The notes: generated from the letters alone by a model not told the origin. A DNA stretch of 64,000 nucleotides from Candidatus Poribacteria bacterium (GCA_963663765.2 CAXXUA010000015.1:288001-352000), one strand, 5' to 3'. Shown: positions 1 through 11,196, counted from the first letter of the stretch. Numbers and translations: made by a program.

Positions 1-383
1 CCGGTTTCATAGATTTCATGAAACGCATCAAATGTTTCCTCAAAAGGCACGGACTCACTTGGCCAGTGAATCAGCAGAAGATCAACGTAGTCCATCTGCA
101 AATCTTTTATACACACATCAAATTGTGAGAGTACTTCGTCATGTTTCAAATGTGTGTGCCATATTTTTGATGTAATGAATAGTTTTTCGCGATCAACGCG
201 CATGTCCCGTAAGGTATTACCGATCTCACGTTGGTTTTTGTACATCCACGCAGTATCAATGTGTGTATATCCCAAGTCTATAGCAACTCTAACAATATCT
301 TCACACTGTCTACCATTGAGTTTCCAAGTACCTAAGCCAAAAATCGGTATTTCGTATCCAGATGCAAGTTTAATATTTTCCAT
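1..383 (-). CDS. Aldo/keto reductase, 5' part (runs off window)
   Basis: Manual minus-strand translation from ATG 383: MENIKLASGYEIPIFGLGTWKL...LGYTHIDTAWMYKNQ, with the AKR GLGTW and IDTAxxY motifs. Not in the ORF track. Confidence 0.9.
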   Translation of the reverse strand, partial: MENIKLASGYEIPIFGLGTWKLNGRQCEDIVRVAIDLGYTHIDTAWMYKNQREIGNTLRDMRVDREKLFITSKIWHTHLKHDEVLSQFDVCIKDLQMDYVDLLLIHWPSESVPFEETFDAFHEIYET

Positions 384-494
384 ATATTCATGTTGGGAAT
401 CTAAATATACCCAGACCCTCCTTTCTTATTAGCATGATAGTCAATTCATGAAAAATGTCAAGAGAAATGATGAAGGAGGTTGTGTAAATGTGAT

Positions 495-524
495 TTGACA
501 TTTTGTCTTAGAATATGTTATTAT
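495..524 (+). promoter_or_regulatory. Sigma70-like promoter upstream of the 563 gene
   Basis: TTGACA 495-500, 18-bp spacer, TATTAT 519-524 preceded by TGn. Confidence 0.5.
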
Positions 525-562
525 GTGAATATTGAGATTCAGAATTAAAAGGTGAAGAAAAA

Positions 563-3500
563 GTGAACGATGGGTTTGATGGTGAACAGGACTTATCGCA
601 AGTCCCAAGTGACACTCAAGATCCTGATATAGAGTTGACTGCTCATCAGGCTGAAATTCACCGCAACTTAGAATCTATTGGACCTGAGGTAGCTGCCTAT
701 TATCTGGATGGAATCAGGATTTTAAATAACGAAAACTTAGAAACTGCGGCGAGTCTTTTGGCACATGTTGCCCGAGAGATTGATGGAGGTTTAAGAGATA
801 TCCTGTCAGAAGATATAAAAGAAGAACTTGAGTTTACCGTTCATACACCTAATGATGAAATCTTGCAATATACAATGAAAAAGAAAGACAATTTTGATTT
901 CACTGTTAATACTACTGGCCAGGTTAAAGTATACCATAAACCAATTGAAGGAAAACATCAAGCATCAATCTTACAATCGTTAGGAATTGTTAAGCCATCA
1001 CCATTAGCTGAAAGATGGATTAAAGTCACTAAACATTTTGCCAGATTTGCTCATCGGCGAGGAGCATGGAAGTCTCCCCGAAGAATAGAAGAATTTATAG
1101 GACTTTGGCTTGAGTTTGAAGGCGTATTGCGCGACTTAGTGGGAAATTACCTTAATCTGCTTGACAGGTTGGATCGAATTCGGACTGCTGAACCAAATAC
1201 AAGAAGAAGAGGTACTCTGCACAACTTGTTAAAATCCGAAGCAAGACAAGCGTATTTTTTCAGTAAACTTGAATCTCTGCTGTGGTTGGAACCTCTCAAA
1301 ATGGATGGCTGGTTTGATCCAGTTCGCAATCCGGTCCCTCAAGAGGCCCCAGATCAACCTGGTGCCTTTCGCGTACCTACTTGGCATGCTTTGGAATATG
1401 TAGCAAAGGTTTCTACTCATTCAGAGATCCCTTTTGGTGTACTTGTGGACATCGTTAACCCCATCATAAATTACACTGATAACAATGGAGAACGGATCGA
1501 AAATGATCGAACAGACCTACAGATTATCAAAATTATTACTACACTTCCAACGGACAGGATAGAACCTCTGCATATCGCTTTTATGGGAATAGTGTTGAAA
1601 TTCAAATGGAAGTATGGACTTGTGGATCAAGAAATAGGTCAAACAATACTTCCTAAGCTTCTTGATGGAGGCAGACAAGAGTTAACCCTTGAACTACTTG
1701 CAATAATGCTTGAAGTCAGAATCGTTGATGGACGAATCCGTCCTATAATGGATGAGCATTGGCTTGAAGATGCCCTCAAAAAACATGGGAAAGCCATTTC
1801 GAATTTATGCGGTTTTGAGGTAGCACAGATTACACTTGAACAAATCCGAACACTTGCCAATGGTGATACATATTTGTTTAATTTCATACAACTGGTTGAA
1901 AGCGATCTTTCTCTGCTTTCACATGCAGATTATACGGAATTAGTGGTAAGTTTTACGAGTTGTCTCTTTCAATTTGCTGAACCTGAAAGTATCAGGAAAA
2001 CAGTCCAAGAACTACTAAATGAACCACATGCTATTATCAGACGGATTGCAGTTAAAGCTATATACCAGCACTATAGCGATTTGAAACACCTATTTTGGAA
2101 GTGGGAAGGCAATCCCCTTGATGAATATGAATTGAAACCTGAAATGTACCAATTGATTCAAACCAATAGTTCTACTTTTGACAATGACGAAATGGAGCAG
2201 ATGTTACAATGGATAGAATCAACCCAGGACTAACAGACAATAAAGAGGACGAAACGCAGGCAAAATATGTGGCTTACAGAAGGCGCGAATGGCTTTCTGC
2301 GCTGATGGAAACTGGCAATGAAAAAGTCATTACTGCATATAGAAAGTATGAAAAGATTAATCCTGAACCAATTGAACATCCAGGTTTTAATCATTGGAGT
2401 GAATTTTGGGCAGGAAGTACCAGTCCCTTAACAGTTAAAGAAATATCCAGTTTGTCGAATGTACAGATTGCTAAGTATCTTTCAAATTTCAAGGAAACAG
2501 AAGTCTTCCGGAAGTCCGACCCAACAGAACGTGGCTTAGCACAGACGTTTGAGAAATGTGTGGCGGAAAACCCACATAAATTTGCGGACAATCTACTTCC
2601 TTTTGAAAATGTCTCAAATTTCTACCAATCTTCTCTATTGCACGGGTTCTTAAAAGCTTGGCGTGAAAAAAAATCGTTTAATTGGTGTGCGTTACTGGAA
2701 TTTATACTCAAGATTCTTTCGTTTGAACACTTCTGGAGTGTGCAGTATAAAGTTGGTTTCAACTATAGGAATTGGATTCTTTCTACTGCGGCAGATTTGA
2801 TAAGAGAGGGAACAAAAGATGATAAACACGCATTTGATGTCCAATTTTTGCCTTTTGCTGAAGAAATCCTGTTGATTCTTGTGGAGAAAGCTGAACCAAG
2901 TGTGTTTGCACCGACAGATTCCTCTCTTAATACCTTAAACTCAGATAGAGGGAAAGTGTTTTCAGCAATGGTTAACTACGCGTTAAGGTTTGCCCGGACC
3001 AACGAAGATAAACTTGAAGATTACCGATGGCCACAGTCCATCAAAGCAGATTTTACTAAAAGGTTAGATAGAAACTTTGAACCATCGCTTGAGTTTTCTT
3101 ATATACTTGGGTTTTACTTACCATATCTATCATATCTTGATAAAAAATGGGTTGACGACAACATAAACCATATTTTCTCACAACATAATGAAGATCATTG
3201 GCAAGCTGCCTTTTCTGGTTATTTGCTGCATCCTAATGTCCACAAGGAATTTTTCTCACTGCTAAAGACACACGGACACTATCATAAGGCATTGAGTACT
3301 CATTTTGCTGATGCTGAAGTATTGGATAAACTTGTTAAACATATCTGTACCAGCTGGATAGAAAATAGCGAAAGCCTGTCTGATAAAAGCAGTCTAATTT
3401 ATCAGTTGATACATAGCGGCAACCCTAATCTTCTTTCTGGTGTGGTCTATTTTTTCTCGCGCCGCAAGGATAACTTATCTGACAAAGTGAAAGTAAAGGT

Positions 3501-3933
3501 TATGCCAACATGGCGTGCCTTGTTTGAAGTCCTTTCACAGCATAGCGGAGAAAAGGAATATCAGGCAGTTTTAAGTCCGCTGTCCATGTGGTTAGGGTTA
3601 ATTGATAAAATAGATGATGAAGTGCTTATTTGGGTAAGAGTATCTATGAACTATCTTGACAAAGTTCCAGGGTGCGCTTTTACTTTATCACGCGTTATTG
3701 AGGCTTTGCAGAAACATGTGTTGATAACACCTGAGAAAGTTGGGAAAATTTATCTGGAAATCCCTACCCGGGAAATGTGGTTTCTCGGACAAACACAAAA
3801 AGACGAAGTTGGGGAAACCGTTCGAGTTCTATACAAAAATGGGTATAAGGATATCGCCGATAAAATTTGCAATCGATTCGGAAAGGCTGGCGTTGACTTC
3901 TTAAGATCCGTTTATGAAGAATCTCAACATTAG
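563..3933 (+). pseudogene. Large (~1120 aa) helical hypothetical protein split by a frameshift near 2209-2233
   Basis: ORFs 563-2233 and 2209-3933 overlap in different frames and read as one continuous helical, Trp/Leu-rich protein. Confidence 0.6.
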
Positions 3934-4232
3934 TCAATATTGACGACCTACCCAATTTTCAGACTCAACCTGAATGACACTAACCCTCAATCTCCCACGA
4001 ACCCATACCCAGGCTAAACTTTTCGCAATTTCTTGATTTATCTATTTTTTACGTTGACCCTGAAAACTCATAAACTTCCGATCCTTTTTTCATAATATTC
4101 TTATTGAAGATACCAATTTAGATAACAAATATCCGTAATATTAATTCCCATCCAAACATGACTTCATGGTATAATATTAACATAACTTTAAGATGAAATT
4201 TATATGTCTAATATTCAAATGAAGGGGTTGAA

Positions 4233-4979
4233 ATGATAAAAGTTACCTGTTTATTATCGCTATGTTTGCTGCTTGTGATTTCAAGTTTTGTATATGCCAA
4301 TGTAGCTGAGGACGGTTTAGTTGCATATTGGCCTTTTGATGAAGAATCTGGTAATCTCGCAAGAGATGTTACTGGAAATGGACATGATGGAAGATTTGAA
4401 GGAGCACCAACATGGGTTGCAGGGAAATTCGGTACTGCGCTTGAATTTGATGGGGTAGATGACTATGTTGCCGTTGAGGACAACGATGCCTTAGATATTG
4501 AAGAGAATATTACCCTAATGGCATGGTTTAGTCCAAATGATGACCTGACGAGTCGGCGTTTGATGGTTAAAAATGATTCAATCTTCGTGATTTTTGATTA
4601 CAACAATAATACAACCATAGATTTCCTTGTGAAACCAAACAACGACAATGCAGAATCAACAACGACAGAATGGACGATAGGTGAATGGTATCACTTCGCT
4701 GGAACATTTGACGGGAGTACACTAAAGGTATATGTGAACGGTAAACTTGAAGGAGAAGCTCCTAATAATACACCGATTGCACCATCAAATTTAGAATTAT
4801 GGATTGGTGGTGATGATTATGGTCGTCCAACGGATTTCTTTCCAGGGAAGATTGATGAGGTGCGACTTTACAATAAGGTGTTAACTGAAGCAAACATCCA
4901 AAGTGTCATGGAAACTCCGCAGGATGTTGTTCCTCAAGGGAAACTTGCTACCACTTGGGGGAAACTAAAAGGTCTATAG
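4233..4979 (+). CDS. Secreted LamG/concanavalin A-like domain protein with C-terminal GKLATTWGKLK tail
   Basis: Signal peptide; LVAYWPFDE, ALEFDGVDDYV, WYHFAGTFDG and GKIDEVRLYN LamG motifs. Confidence 0.9.
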   Translation: MIKVTCLLSLCLLLVISSFVYANVAEDGLVAYWPFDEESGNLARDVTGNGHDGRFEGAPTWVAGKFGTALEFDGVDDYVAVEDNDALDIEENITLMAWFSPNDDLTSRRLMVKNDSIFVIFDYNNNTTIDFLVKPNNDNAESTTTEWTIGEWYHFAGTFDGSTLKVYVNGKLEGEAPNNTPIAPSNLELWIGGDDYGRPTDFFPGKIDEVRLYNKVLTEANIQSVMETPQDVVPQGKLATTWGKLKGL

Positions 4980-4990
4980 AAGGAAATTAT

Positions 4991-6610
4991 ATGGTAAGCC
5001 TACACAGACGCCCTGTCGTTCTCATTATCCGGGATGGATGGGGCAGCAATCCGTATCCTGAATATCAGAAATCTAACGCTGTTCATTTGGCTAATACACC
5101 TGTAGATGACTGGTTAAGGGCAAACTATCCACATGTCCTAATTAAAACTTCTGGTGAAGATGTCGGTTTACCCCCTGGTGTAATTGGTAATAGTGAAGTT
5201 GGACATCAGAATATAGGAGCTGGTCGTATAGTCAACCAAGAACTTCTTCGTATCAGCACAATGATTCGTTCCGGTGAATTCTATCGGAACGATGTGCTTT
5301 TAAACGCTATTACCCATGCTAAAAAGAACAAAACAAACTTACACTTGTTAGGTTTAGCAAGTGATGCTGGTGTTCACAGTTCACTTGAACATTTATTTGC
5401 GTTACTCACTCTAGCGAAAAAACAAGGATTGGAAAAAGATCATGTCCTGATTCATAATTTCAGTGATGGTCGTGATTGCCAACCGGATCTCGGTATTAAA
5501 TTCTGTGATGAAATTGAAGAAAAAATAAGAGAAATCGGTGTTGGTCAGATTGCATCCGTTATCGGTAGATTTTATGCAATGGATCGTGATGATCGCTGGG
5601 AACGTGTTGAGACGGCATATAGACTTTTGACCGATGGTTTAGGTAGCAAAGTTCATACTGCTTCGCAAGCCTATAGTGATTATTACAGAAACCCAAATGA
5701 TAAAAATCGCAAAGGCGATGAATTTATTAGACCTTCAGTTGTAGTTGACAGTCAAGGTCATGCACTTCCAAGAATATGTGATGGAGATGCTGTTATATTC
5801 TACAACTTTAGAGGGGATAGACCCAGAGAACTGACAAAAGCCTTTTGCTTAGATACATTTCCATTTCAAGCAGAGGGTAAAGACGGTGTTTCACGTTTAA
5901 TGGGTTTTAAACGGAATTCTAAATTAAGCGTTAAGTTTGTTACGATGACTGAATATGAACAGAATTTACCTGTTGAATCAGCAGTTATAAAACCACCGAA
6001 AATGCTTAATACACTTGGTGCTTACGTCAGTGAATTAGGATTGTCACAATTCCGTTGTGCAGAAACTGAGAAATTCCCACATGTCTCCTTCTTTTTCAAT
6101 GATTACCGAGACGAACCCTATGTGGGTGAAGACCGTCAAATCATTCCATCTCCGCGGGAAGTCACGACGTATGACCAGAAGCCAGAAATGTCAGCTCCGG
6201 GAATTACAGATGAAATGTTGAGACGAATTGCATCAGAGAAATACGATCTCATGGTTCTCAACTATGCAAATGGTGACATGGTAGGTCACACAGGTTCATT
6301 ATCAGCAGCGATCAAGGCGGTAGAAGCAGTTGACATGGGAGTAGGACGTGTCATAAACGAAACGTTAGAAAAAGGTGGTTCCCTCATCGTCACGGCAGAT
6401 CACGGGAATTGTGAACAGATGATCGACCCTGAAACGGGTGGAATCCATACTGCACATACGACTTATGATGTTGATCTTGTAGTTGTTGATGATAGATATA
6501 AAGGAAAGCAACTACGGACTGGCGGTCGTCTTGCTGATATTGCTCCGACAATGTTGCATCTTCTCGGTTTACAACAACCTACTGAGATGACAGGTGAATC
6601 CTTAGTATAG
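4991..6610 (+). CDS. gpmI: 2,3-bisphosphoglycerate-independent phosphoglycerate mutase
   Basis: LIIRDGWG, GNSEVGH, AETEKFPHV, NGDMVGHTG and TADHGN motifs. ATG 4991 follows AGGA. Confidence 0.97.
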   Translation: MVSLHRRPVVLIIRDGWGSNPYPEYQKSNAVHLANTPVDDWLRANYPHVLIKTSGEDVGLPPGVIGNSEVGHQNIGAGRIVNQELLRISTMIRSGEFYRNDVLLNAITHAKKNKTNLHLLGLASDAGVHSSLEHLFALLTLAKKQGLEKDHVLIHNFSDGRDCQPDLGIKFCDEIEEKIREIGVGQIASVIGRFYAMDRDDRWERVETAYRLLTDGLGSKVHTASQAYSDYYRNPNDKNRKGDEFIRPSVVVDSQGHALPRICDGDAVIFYNFRGDRPRELTKAFCLDTFPFQAEGKDGVSRLMGFKRNSKLSVKFVTMTEYEQNLPVESAVIKPPKMLNTLGAYVSELGLSQFRCAETEKFPHVSFFFNDYRDEPYVGEDRQIIPSPREVTTYDQKPEMSAPGITDEMLRRIASEKYDLMVLNYANGDMVGHTGSLSAAIKAVEAVDMGVGRVINETLEKGGSLIVTADHGNCEQMIDPETGGIHTAHTTYDVDLVVVDDRYKGKQLRTGGRLADIAPTMLHLLGLQQPTEMTGESLV

Positions 6611-6673
6611 TTAGTTCCTATAATTGTCCCAATACCAACTCAGTTGGTATTAACAAAATAAGGAGAATTTGGT

Positions 6674-7675
6674 ATGTCCGTTCTGATAGACCAAAACCGC
6701 CATGTTCGCTCCGATTTCAGACTATTTGCTGGACGTGCGAATCCGGCATTAGCAAAAGAGATCGCAGCAATTTTAGGGGTTGAATTAGGTAGAATAACAA
6801 TTGGTCCGTTTCCCAACAGCGAAACTCGAGTGCAAATAGAGGAAAGTATTCGTGGTACTGATATCTATATAATTCAGCCAACATGTGAACCCGCTAACGA
6901 AAATCTGATGGAATTACTTATCACAATTGATGCGATGAAACGTGCGTCAGCACGACAAATCACAGCGATTATTCCATACTTTGGATATGCGCGACAAGAC
7001 CACAAAACCACCGGACGTGAACCAATAAGTGCCAAGCTTGTTGCAAATCTCTTGACGACAGCAGGTGCAAGTCGTGTCATGGCAATAGACTTACATGTTC
7101 CACAAATACAAGGCTTCTTTGATATCCCTATGGATCATCTCACAGCTCTAACAACCTTAGCAAATTTTTTTCATGAAAAAGAGATAGAAAACGGTGTTAT
7201 CGTAGCACCAGATGTAGGTCGTGCAAAGCTTGCAGAAAAATATGCAAAGATTCTACGTCTACCGTTAGCTATAATGCACAAACGGCGTAATGGAGCAGAT
7301 GGTCAGGATGTGGAATTCGTAGAACTTGTTGGAGATGTTAAGGATAAAACTCCGATTGTTATTGATGACGAAATAGCGACAGGTGGCAGTATCTTCCAAC
7401 AAGCTCAAGCATTGGCTGAAGCGGGTGCAAAACCCGCCTATGTTAGTATTGTGCATGCGGTTCTTGTGGGTCCTGCATTAGAAAGACTTAGTCATCCATC
7501 AATCCGTGAAGTAGTCACTACTGACACAATACCAATACCAGCACAAAAACGTCTTGATGGAAAAATAATAGTGCTTTCAATTGCACCTTTACTGGCAGAA
7601 GCCATATTGAGAGTACATCAACACAGATCTGTGAGTCAAGTATTCAGAGAACAACATCTTGATTTTGCAGTATAA
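6674..7675 (+). CDS. prs: Ribose-phosphate pyrophosphokinase
   Basis: PYFGYARQD, DLHVPQIQGFF, VAPDVG and IDDEIATGGS motifs. Confidence 0.97.
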   Translation: MSVLIDQNRHVRSDFRLFAGRANPALAKEIAAILGVELGRITIGPFPNSETRVQIEESIRGTDIYIIQPTCEPANENLMELLITIDAMKRASARQITAIIPYFGYARQDHKTTGREPISAKLVANLLTTAGASRVMAIDLHVPQIQGFFDIPMDHLTALTTLANFFHEKEIENGVIVAPDVGRAKLAEKYAKILRLPLAIMHKRRNGADGQDVEFVELVGDVKDKTPIVIDDEIATGGSIFQQAQALAEAGAKPAYVSIVHAVLVGPALERLSHPSIREVVTTDTIPIPAQKRLDGKIIVLSIAPLLAEAILRVHQHRSVSQVFREQHLDFAV

Positions 7676-7705
7676 CACAAGATTTCGTTCCTACCAATAC
7701 AGCAG

Positions 7706-8809
7706 ATGATACCTATTCTCTACCTTAGTCATTATCGTTCAACTATTGGTGGGAACGAAAAACAACTTTATTACCTTGTTACACATTTGGATAAAGACAA
7801 GTTTCAACCCATCGTCATTTGCCTTAATGACGGTACTTACGTTCATCAATTAAGAAAAGCGGGTATCTCTACCGTTATTCTCAAACTCCCACCTTGGCGT
7901 AAAGTACTTTCTTATCCCGCTCGCTATATTGCTGTATTTAAGCTCACTAACCTCGCAAAGAAATATAAAATAAAAATAATACATTCATCTGATGCTTGGC
8001 TTAACCCTTACGCAAGACGCATGAAAAAACATTTATTAGATATACCAGTCATTTCACATGTGCCTAATCTTCTAACACCTGAGCAGGTAGCAAAATACGA
8101 TTTTGAATACATGAATCGTATTATTGCTATCTCTGAACAGAGTAAAGCACCAATCGTTAAGGCTGGTATTTCTTCTCAAAAAATAGATGTTATAATCAAC
8201 TGTGTTGATCTATCTGAATTTACACCATTATCTCAAAAAAAAGTTTTAAGGACAGACAAATTTGTAGTTGGTTTGGTCGGGAGAATTGAACCATTTAAGC
8301 GTCAAGATACTTTTGTTGAAATAGCAAATCTTGTCAACCGACAATGTCAGAATGTAGAGTTTCAAATTATTGGTGCTGCCCTTGATACACCAAAACATCG
8401 TACGTTTGCTAAGCAAGTACGTGAATTAGTAACAAAGTATAATTTGAATGATAGAATACACTTCACAGGACATCGGGACGATATACCAAAAGTCATGCAG
8501 GAACTTGATCTATTAGTGACCCTATCTGCTGGTAGTGTTATTGCAGAAGCGATGGCATCAGGTTTACCTGTTTTCGGCACCTCCATTGGGAGTACTGAAG
8601 AGATGATTATAGATGGTGTGACAGGTTACATTTTTACTACTGACAAAATTGACGATATTTCTGAAAAGATTATCCAACTTGCTAAGTATCCTGAGTTATG
8701 TGTACAGATGGGGAATGCAGCCAGAAATCACGCAGAATCAACATTTGGTATTGATAGGCATGTTCAAAAAATACAGGACATATATATGGAGTTTCTTAAT
8801 AAACATTGA
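7706..8809 (+). CDS. Glycosyltransferase family 4 (GT-B)
   Basis: GGNE N-terminus, VGRIEPFKRQ and EAMASGLPV motifs. Confidence 0.9.
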   Translation: MIPILYLSHYRSTIGGNEKQLYYLVTHLDKDKFQPIVICLNDGTYVHQLRKAGISTVILKLPPWRKVLSYPARYIAVFKLTNLAKKYKIKIIHSSDAWLNPYARRMKKHLLDIPVISHVPNLLTPEQVAKYDFEYMNRIIAISEQSKAPIVKAGISSQKIDVIINCVDLSEFTPLSQKKVLRTDKFVVGLVGRIEPFKRQDTFVEIANLVNRQCQNVEFQIIGAALDTPKHRTFAKQVRELVTKYNLNDRIHFTGHRDDIPKVMQELDLLVTLSAGSVIAEAMASGLPVFGTSIGSTEEMIIDGVTGYIFTTDKIDDISEKIIQLAKYPELCVQMGNAARNHAESTFGIDRHVQKIQDIYMEFLNKH

Positions 8810-8833
8810 CGGAATATATTCAAGACTAAAACG

Positions 8834-8863
8834 TTGACAGTATTCATAGATTTAGAGTATAAT
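8834..8863 (+). promoter_or_regulatory. Sigma70 promoter directly upstream of the Rpn-like gene
   Basis: TTGACA 8834-8839, 18 bp, TATAAT 8858-8863; ATG at 8871. Confidence 0.7.
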
Positions 8864-8870
8864 TATCAAT

Positions 8871-9776
8871 ATGAGTCAACACTATGACAATGTCACCAAA
8901 TATGTAACTACTGAATATACTGAACCTTTTGCTGGACTCATTCTTGGTTATAAAGATGTAAAAGTATTAGAAAATTTACCAACTGAACATGTTACACTCA
9001 AATCGCGAGAGACAGATTGTACAATAAAGGTTGAATTTCCAGATCACACAGCCATACTTCATAATGAAGTTCAGGCTTACGATAGTCAGGAACCTATGCC
9101 TTTCCGTATTGCGGGTTATAATGGATTTCTCATCAGAGAATATCAGCTAAATGTCTATTCAAGTGTTCTTTACCTACATCCGCAAGCAGGTAAAAATGAC
9201 CCAGGATTCTATAAATACAGTAGGTATGGTTGTGAATATAAACTAAAGTATCAAGTAATACGATTAATTGATATAGATGGACAGTCAATTTTAGAAGCAA
9301 AAGTTCCAGGTTTATTGCCATTAACACCATTAATGAAACCCCCATCAGGAGTGAATCCGGATCGTTGGTTGGAGACTTGTGTTGATGCAACATTTACCGC
9401 AAGAATAGACTCAGAGAATAGACAGTTGCTATTAGGAGCTTTAGGTATCTTTTGTGGTTTAGTATATGATGCGCAATTGATAAGACATATTTTACCGGAG
9501 GGCATTATGCAAGAAAATCCTTTTATCCAGGAAATACTAAAGGAAGCAAGAGAAGATGCTATGGCGAGTGGTATAGAACGCGGGCAAAAAAAATGTGCAA
9601 TTGACTTAATTTTGGATATGTTAATTGAGCAATTTCCTCATGATGATGAAATTAATGAAATAATACCAACGCTTGAGGAAATCGATGAATTGGAAACACT
9701 GAAACAGATACATCGTACAGTACCTAAAATAAGGAGTATGGAAGAATTCAAAAATATTCTTCTACAAGAGTATTAG
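8871..9776 (+). CDS. Rpn-like PD-(D/E)xK nuclease / putative transposase
   Basis: RETD...LHNEVQ core, MPFRIAGY, GLLPLTPLM and the C-terminal ERG-type helical tail typical of the family. Confidence 0.75.
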   Translation: MSQHYDNVTKYVTTEYTEPFAGLILGYKDVKVLENLPTEHVTLKSRETDCTIKVEFPDHTAILHNEVQAYDSQEPMPFRIAGYNGFLIREYQLNVYSSVLYLHPQAGKNDPGFYKYSRYGCEYKLKYQVIRLIDIDGQSILEAKVPGLLPLTPLMKPPSGVNPDRWLETCVDATFTARIDSENRQLLLGALGIFCGLVYDAQLIRHILPEGIMQENPFIQEILKEAREDAMASGIERGQKKCAIDLILDMLIEQFPHDDEINEIIPTLEEIDELETLKQIHRTVPKIRSMEEFKNILLQEY

Positions 9777-9993
9777 AATTTTGTCAATAGAACAAATCTC
9801 ACAGTACATCGTGTGTTAATAATACTTCTGCATAATGCAATTTCAAGATTAAATAGTTGCACATCAAAATTAGATGCGGACTTTAAAATGATGTTGAACT
9901 TACCAACAAGATTACATCCTGATCGTTTGTTGAAAACTTGTGTTAACGCAACATTGCTATAAGTGTTGATCCAGACAGTAGTTAGAGAACATT

Positions 9994-10266
9994 ATGCAAG
10001 AAAATCCTTTTATCCAGGAAATACTAAAGGAAGCAAGAGAAGATGCTATGGCGAGTGGTTTAGAACGCGGTTTAGAACGCGGTCAGAAAAAGTGTGCAAT
10101 TGACCTAATATTAGATATGTTAAACGAACAATTTCCAGACGATGAAGTTCATGAGTTGGAACCAGCGCTTGAGGAAATTGATGAATTGGATAAATTAAAG
10201 CGGTTGCATCGCAGAGTGTCAAAGGTGCGAAGTTATAAGGAATTCAAACAAATACTTGAAAATTAG
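9994..10266 (+). CDS. Stand-alone copy of the C-terminal module of the Rpn-like gene (RpnS-like)
   Basis: Begins MQENPFIQEILKEAREDAMASG, identical to the internal segment starting at ATG 9507, then diverges. Confidence 0.7.
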   Translation: MQENPFIQEILKEAREDAMASGLERGLERGQKKCAIDLILDMLNEQFPDDEVHELEPALEEIDELDKLKRLHRRVSKVRSYKEFKQILEN

Positions 10267-10335
10267 AATAGATATGAATAATACGTTTAATGTATTAGTT
10301 GTAGAGTTTTTATTTGACAGCAGGGAGAGATAGTC

Positions 10336-11196
10336 ATGCTCACTCAGGAACAAATTGATTTATATAATGAAAACGGTTATATCGGGGTTGAGGCAGTACT
10401 ATCCGAAGAGGAAGTAGCTGCTCTGAGACGTGTAACAGACGAATTTGTAGATAAGTCAAGAGAAGTTGTGGAACATAATGACATTTTTGATTTGGAACCG
10501 GGACATTCACCTACATCTCCACGTGTTAGACGCATCAAGAACCCTTGTCTGTATCATACAATCTATGACCAAACCTTGCGTCATCCGAATATACTTGGTA
10601 TAGTTGCTCAACTTATCGGATCTGGAATTCGGTATAATGGACACAAACTTAACATGAAGTATCCTGAATTTGGTAGTCCTGTTGAATGGCATCAGGATTG
10701 GGCGTTTTATCCACACACGAACGATGACCTACTTGCTGTTGGCGTGGTAATTGATGATATGACTGTAGAGAATGGTGCATTGATGGTATTGCCGGGTTCT
10801 CACACAGGTCCGACTTTGGATCATCATCAGAACGGTGCTTTTGTGGGTGCAGTAACTGAACCAGACTTTACTCCTGAAGGAGCTGTTCCGATAGAGATAA
10901 AGGCAGGTGGAATCACGATTCATCATGTTCGTACGTTACATGGGTCTGCACCGAATACTTCAGATAAACCGCGTCGCTTGTTACTCTTCCAATATTGTGC
11001 GGTGGATGCATGGCCATTGAAAGGAATTCCAGATTGGGACACATTCAACGAGTTTATTATCCAAGGAGAACCCACTAACCAACCGCGTATAGTTTCAACA
11101 CCAATTCGCATGCCACAACCTTATTCTGATAAGAAGGGGTCAATCTATGAGGTACAATCTATCCTTGAGAACCCTATGTATGGAAATAAGGAGTAG
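10336..11196 (+). CDS. Phytanoyl-CoA dioxygenase (PhyH) family Fe(II)/2OG dioxygenase
   Basis: WHQD, ENGALMVLPGSH and LHGSAPN..RR motifs. Confidence 0.93.
   Translation: MLTQEQIDLYNENGYIGVEAVLSEEEVAALRRVTDEFVDKSREVVEHNDIFDLEPGHSPTSPRVRRIKNPCLYHTIYDQTLRHPNILGIVAQLIGSGIRYNGHKLNMKYPEFGSPVEWHQDWAFYPHTNDDLLAVGVVIDDMTVENGALMVLPGSHTGPTLDHHQNGAFVGAVTEPDFTPEGAVPIEIKAGGITIHHVRTLHGSAPNTSDKPRRLLLFQYCAVDAWPLKGIPDWDTFNEFIIQGEPTNQPRIVSTPIRMPQPYSDKKGSIYEVQSILENPMYGNKE

Noticed and set aside
154-432. Plus-strand 92-aa ORF
   Set aside because: Antisense to the aldo/keto reductase; no motifs.
6631-6651. Palindrome AATACCAACT-c-AGTTGGTATT between gpmI and prs as a regulator site
   Set aside because: The dyad is real but single-copy; operator, RNA hairpin and MITE footprint cannot be distinguished.
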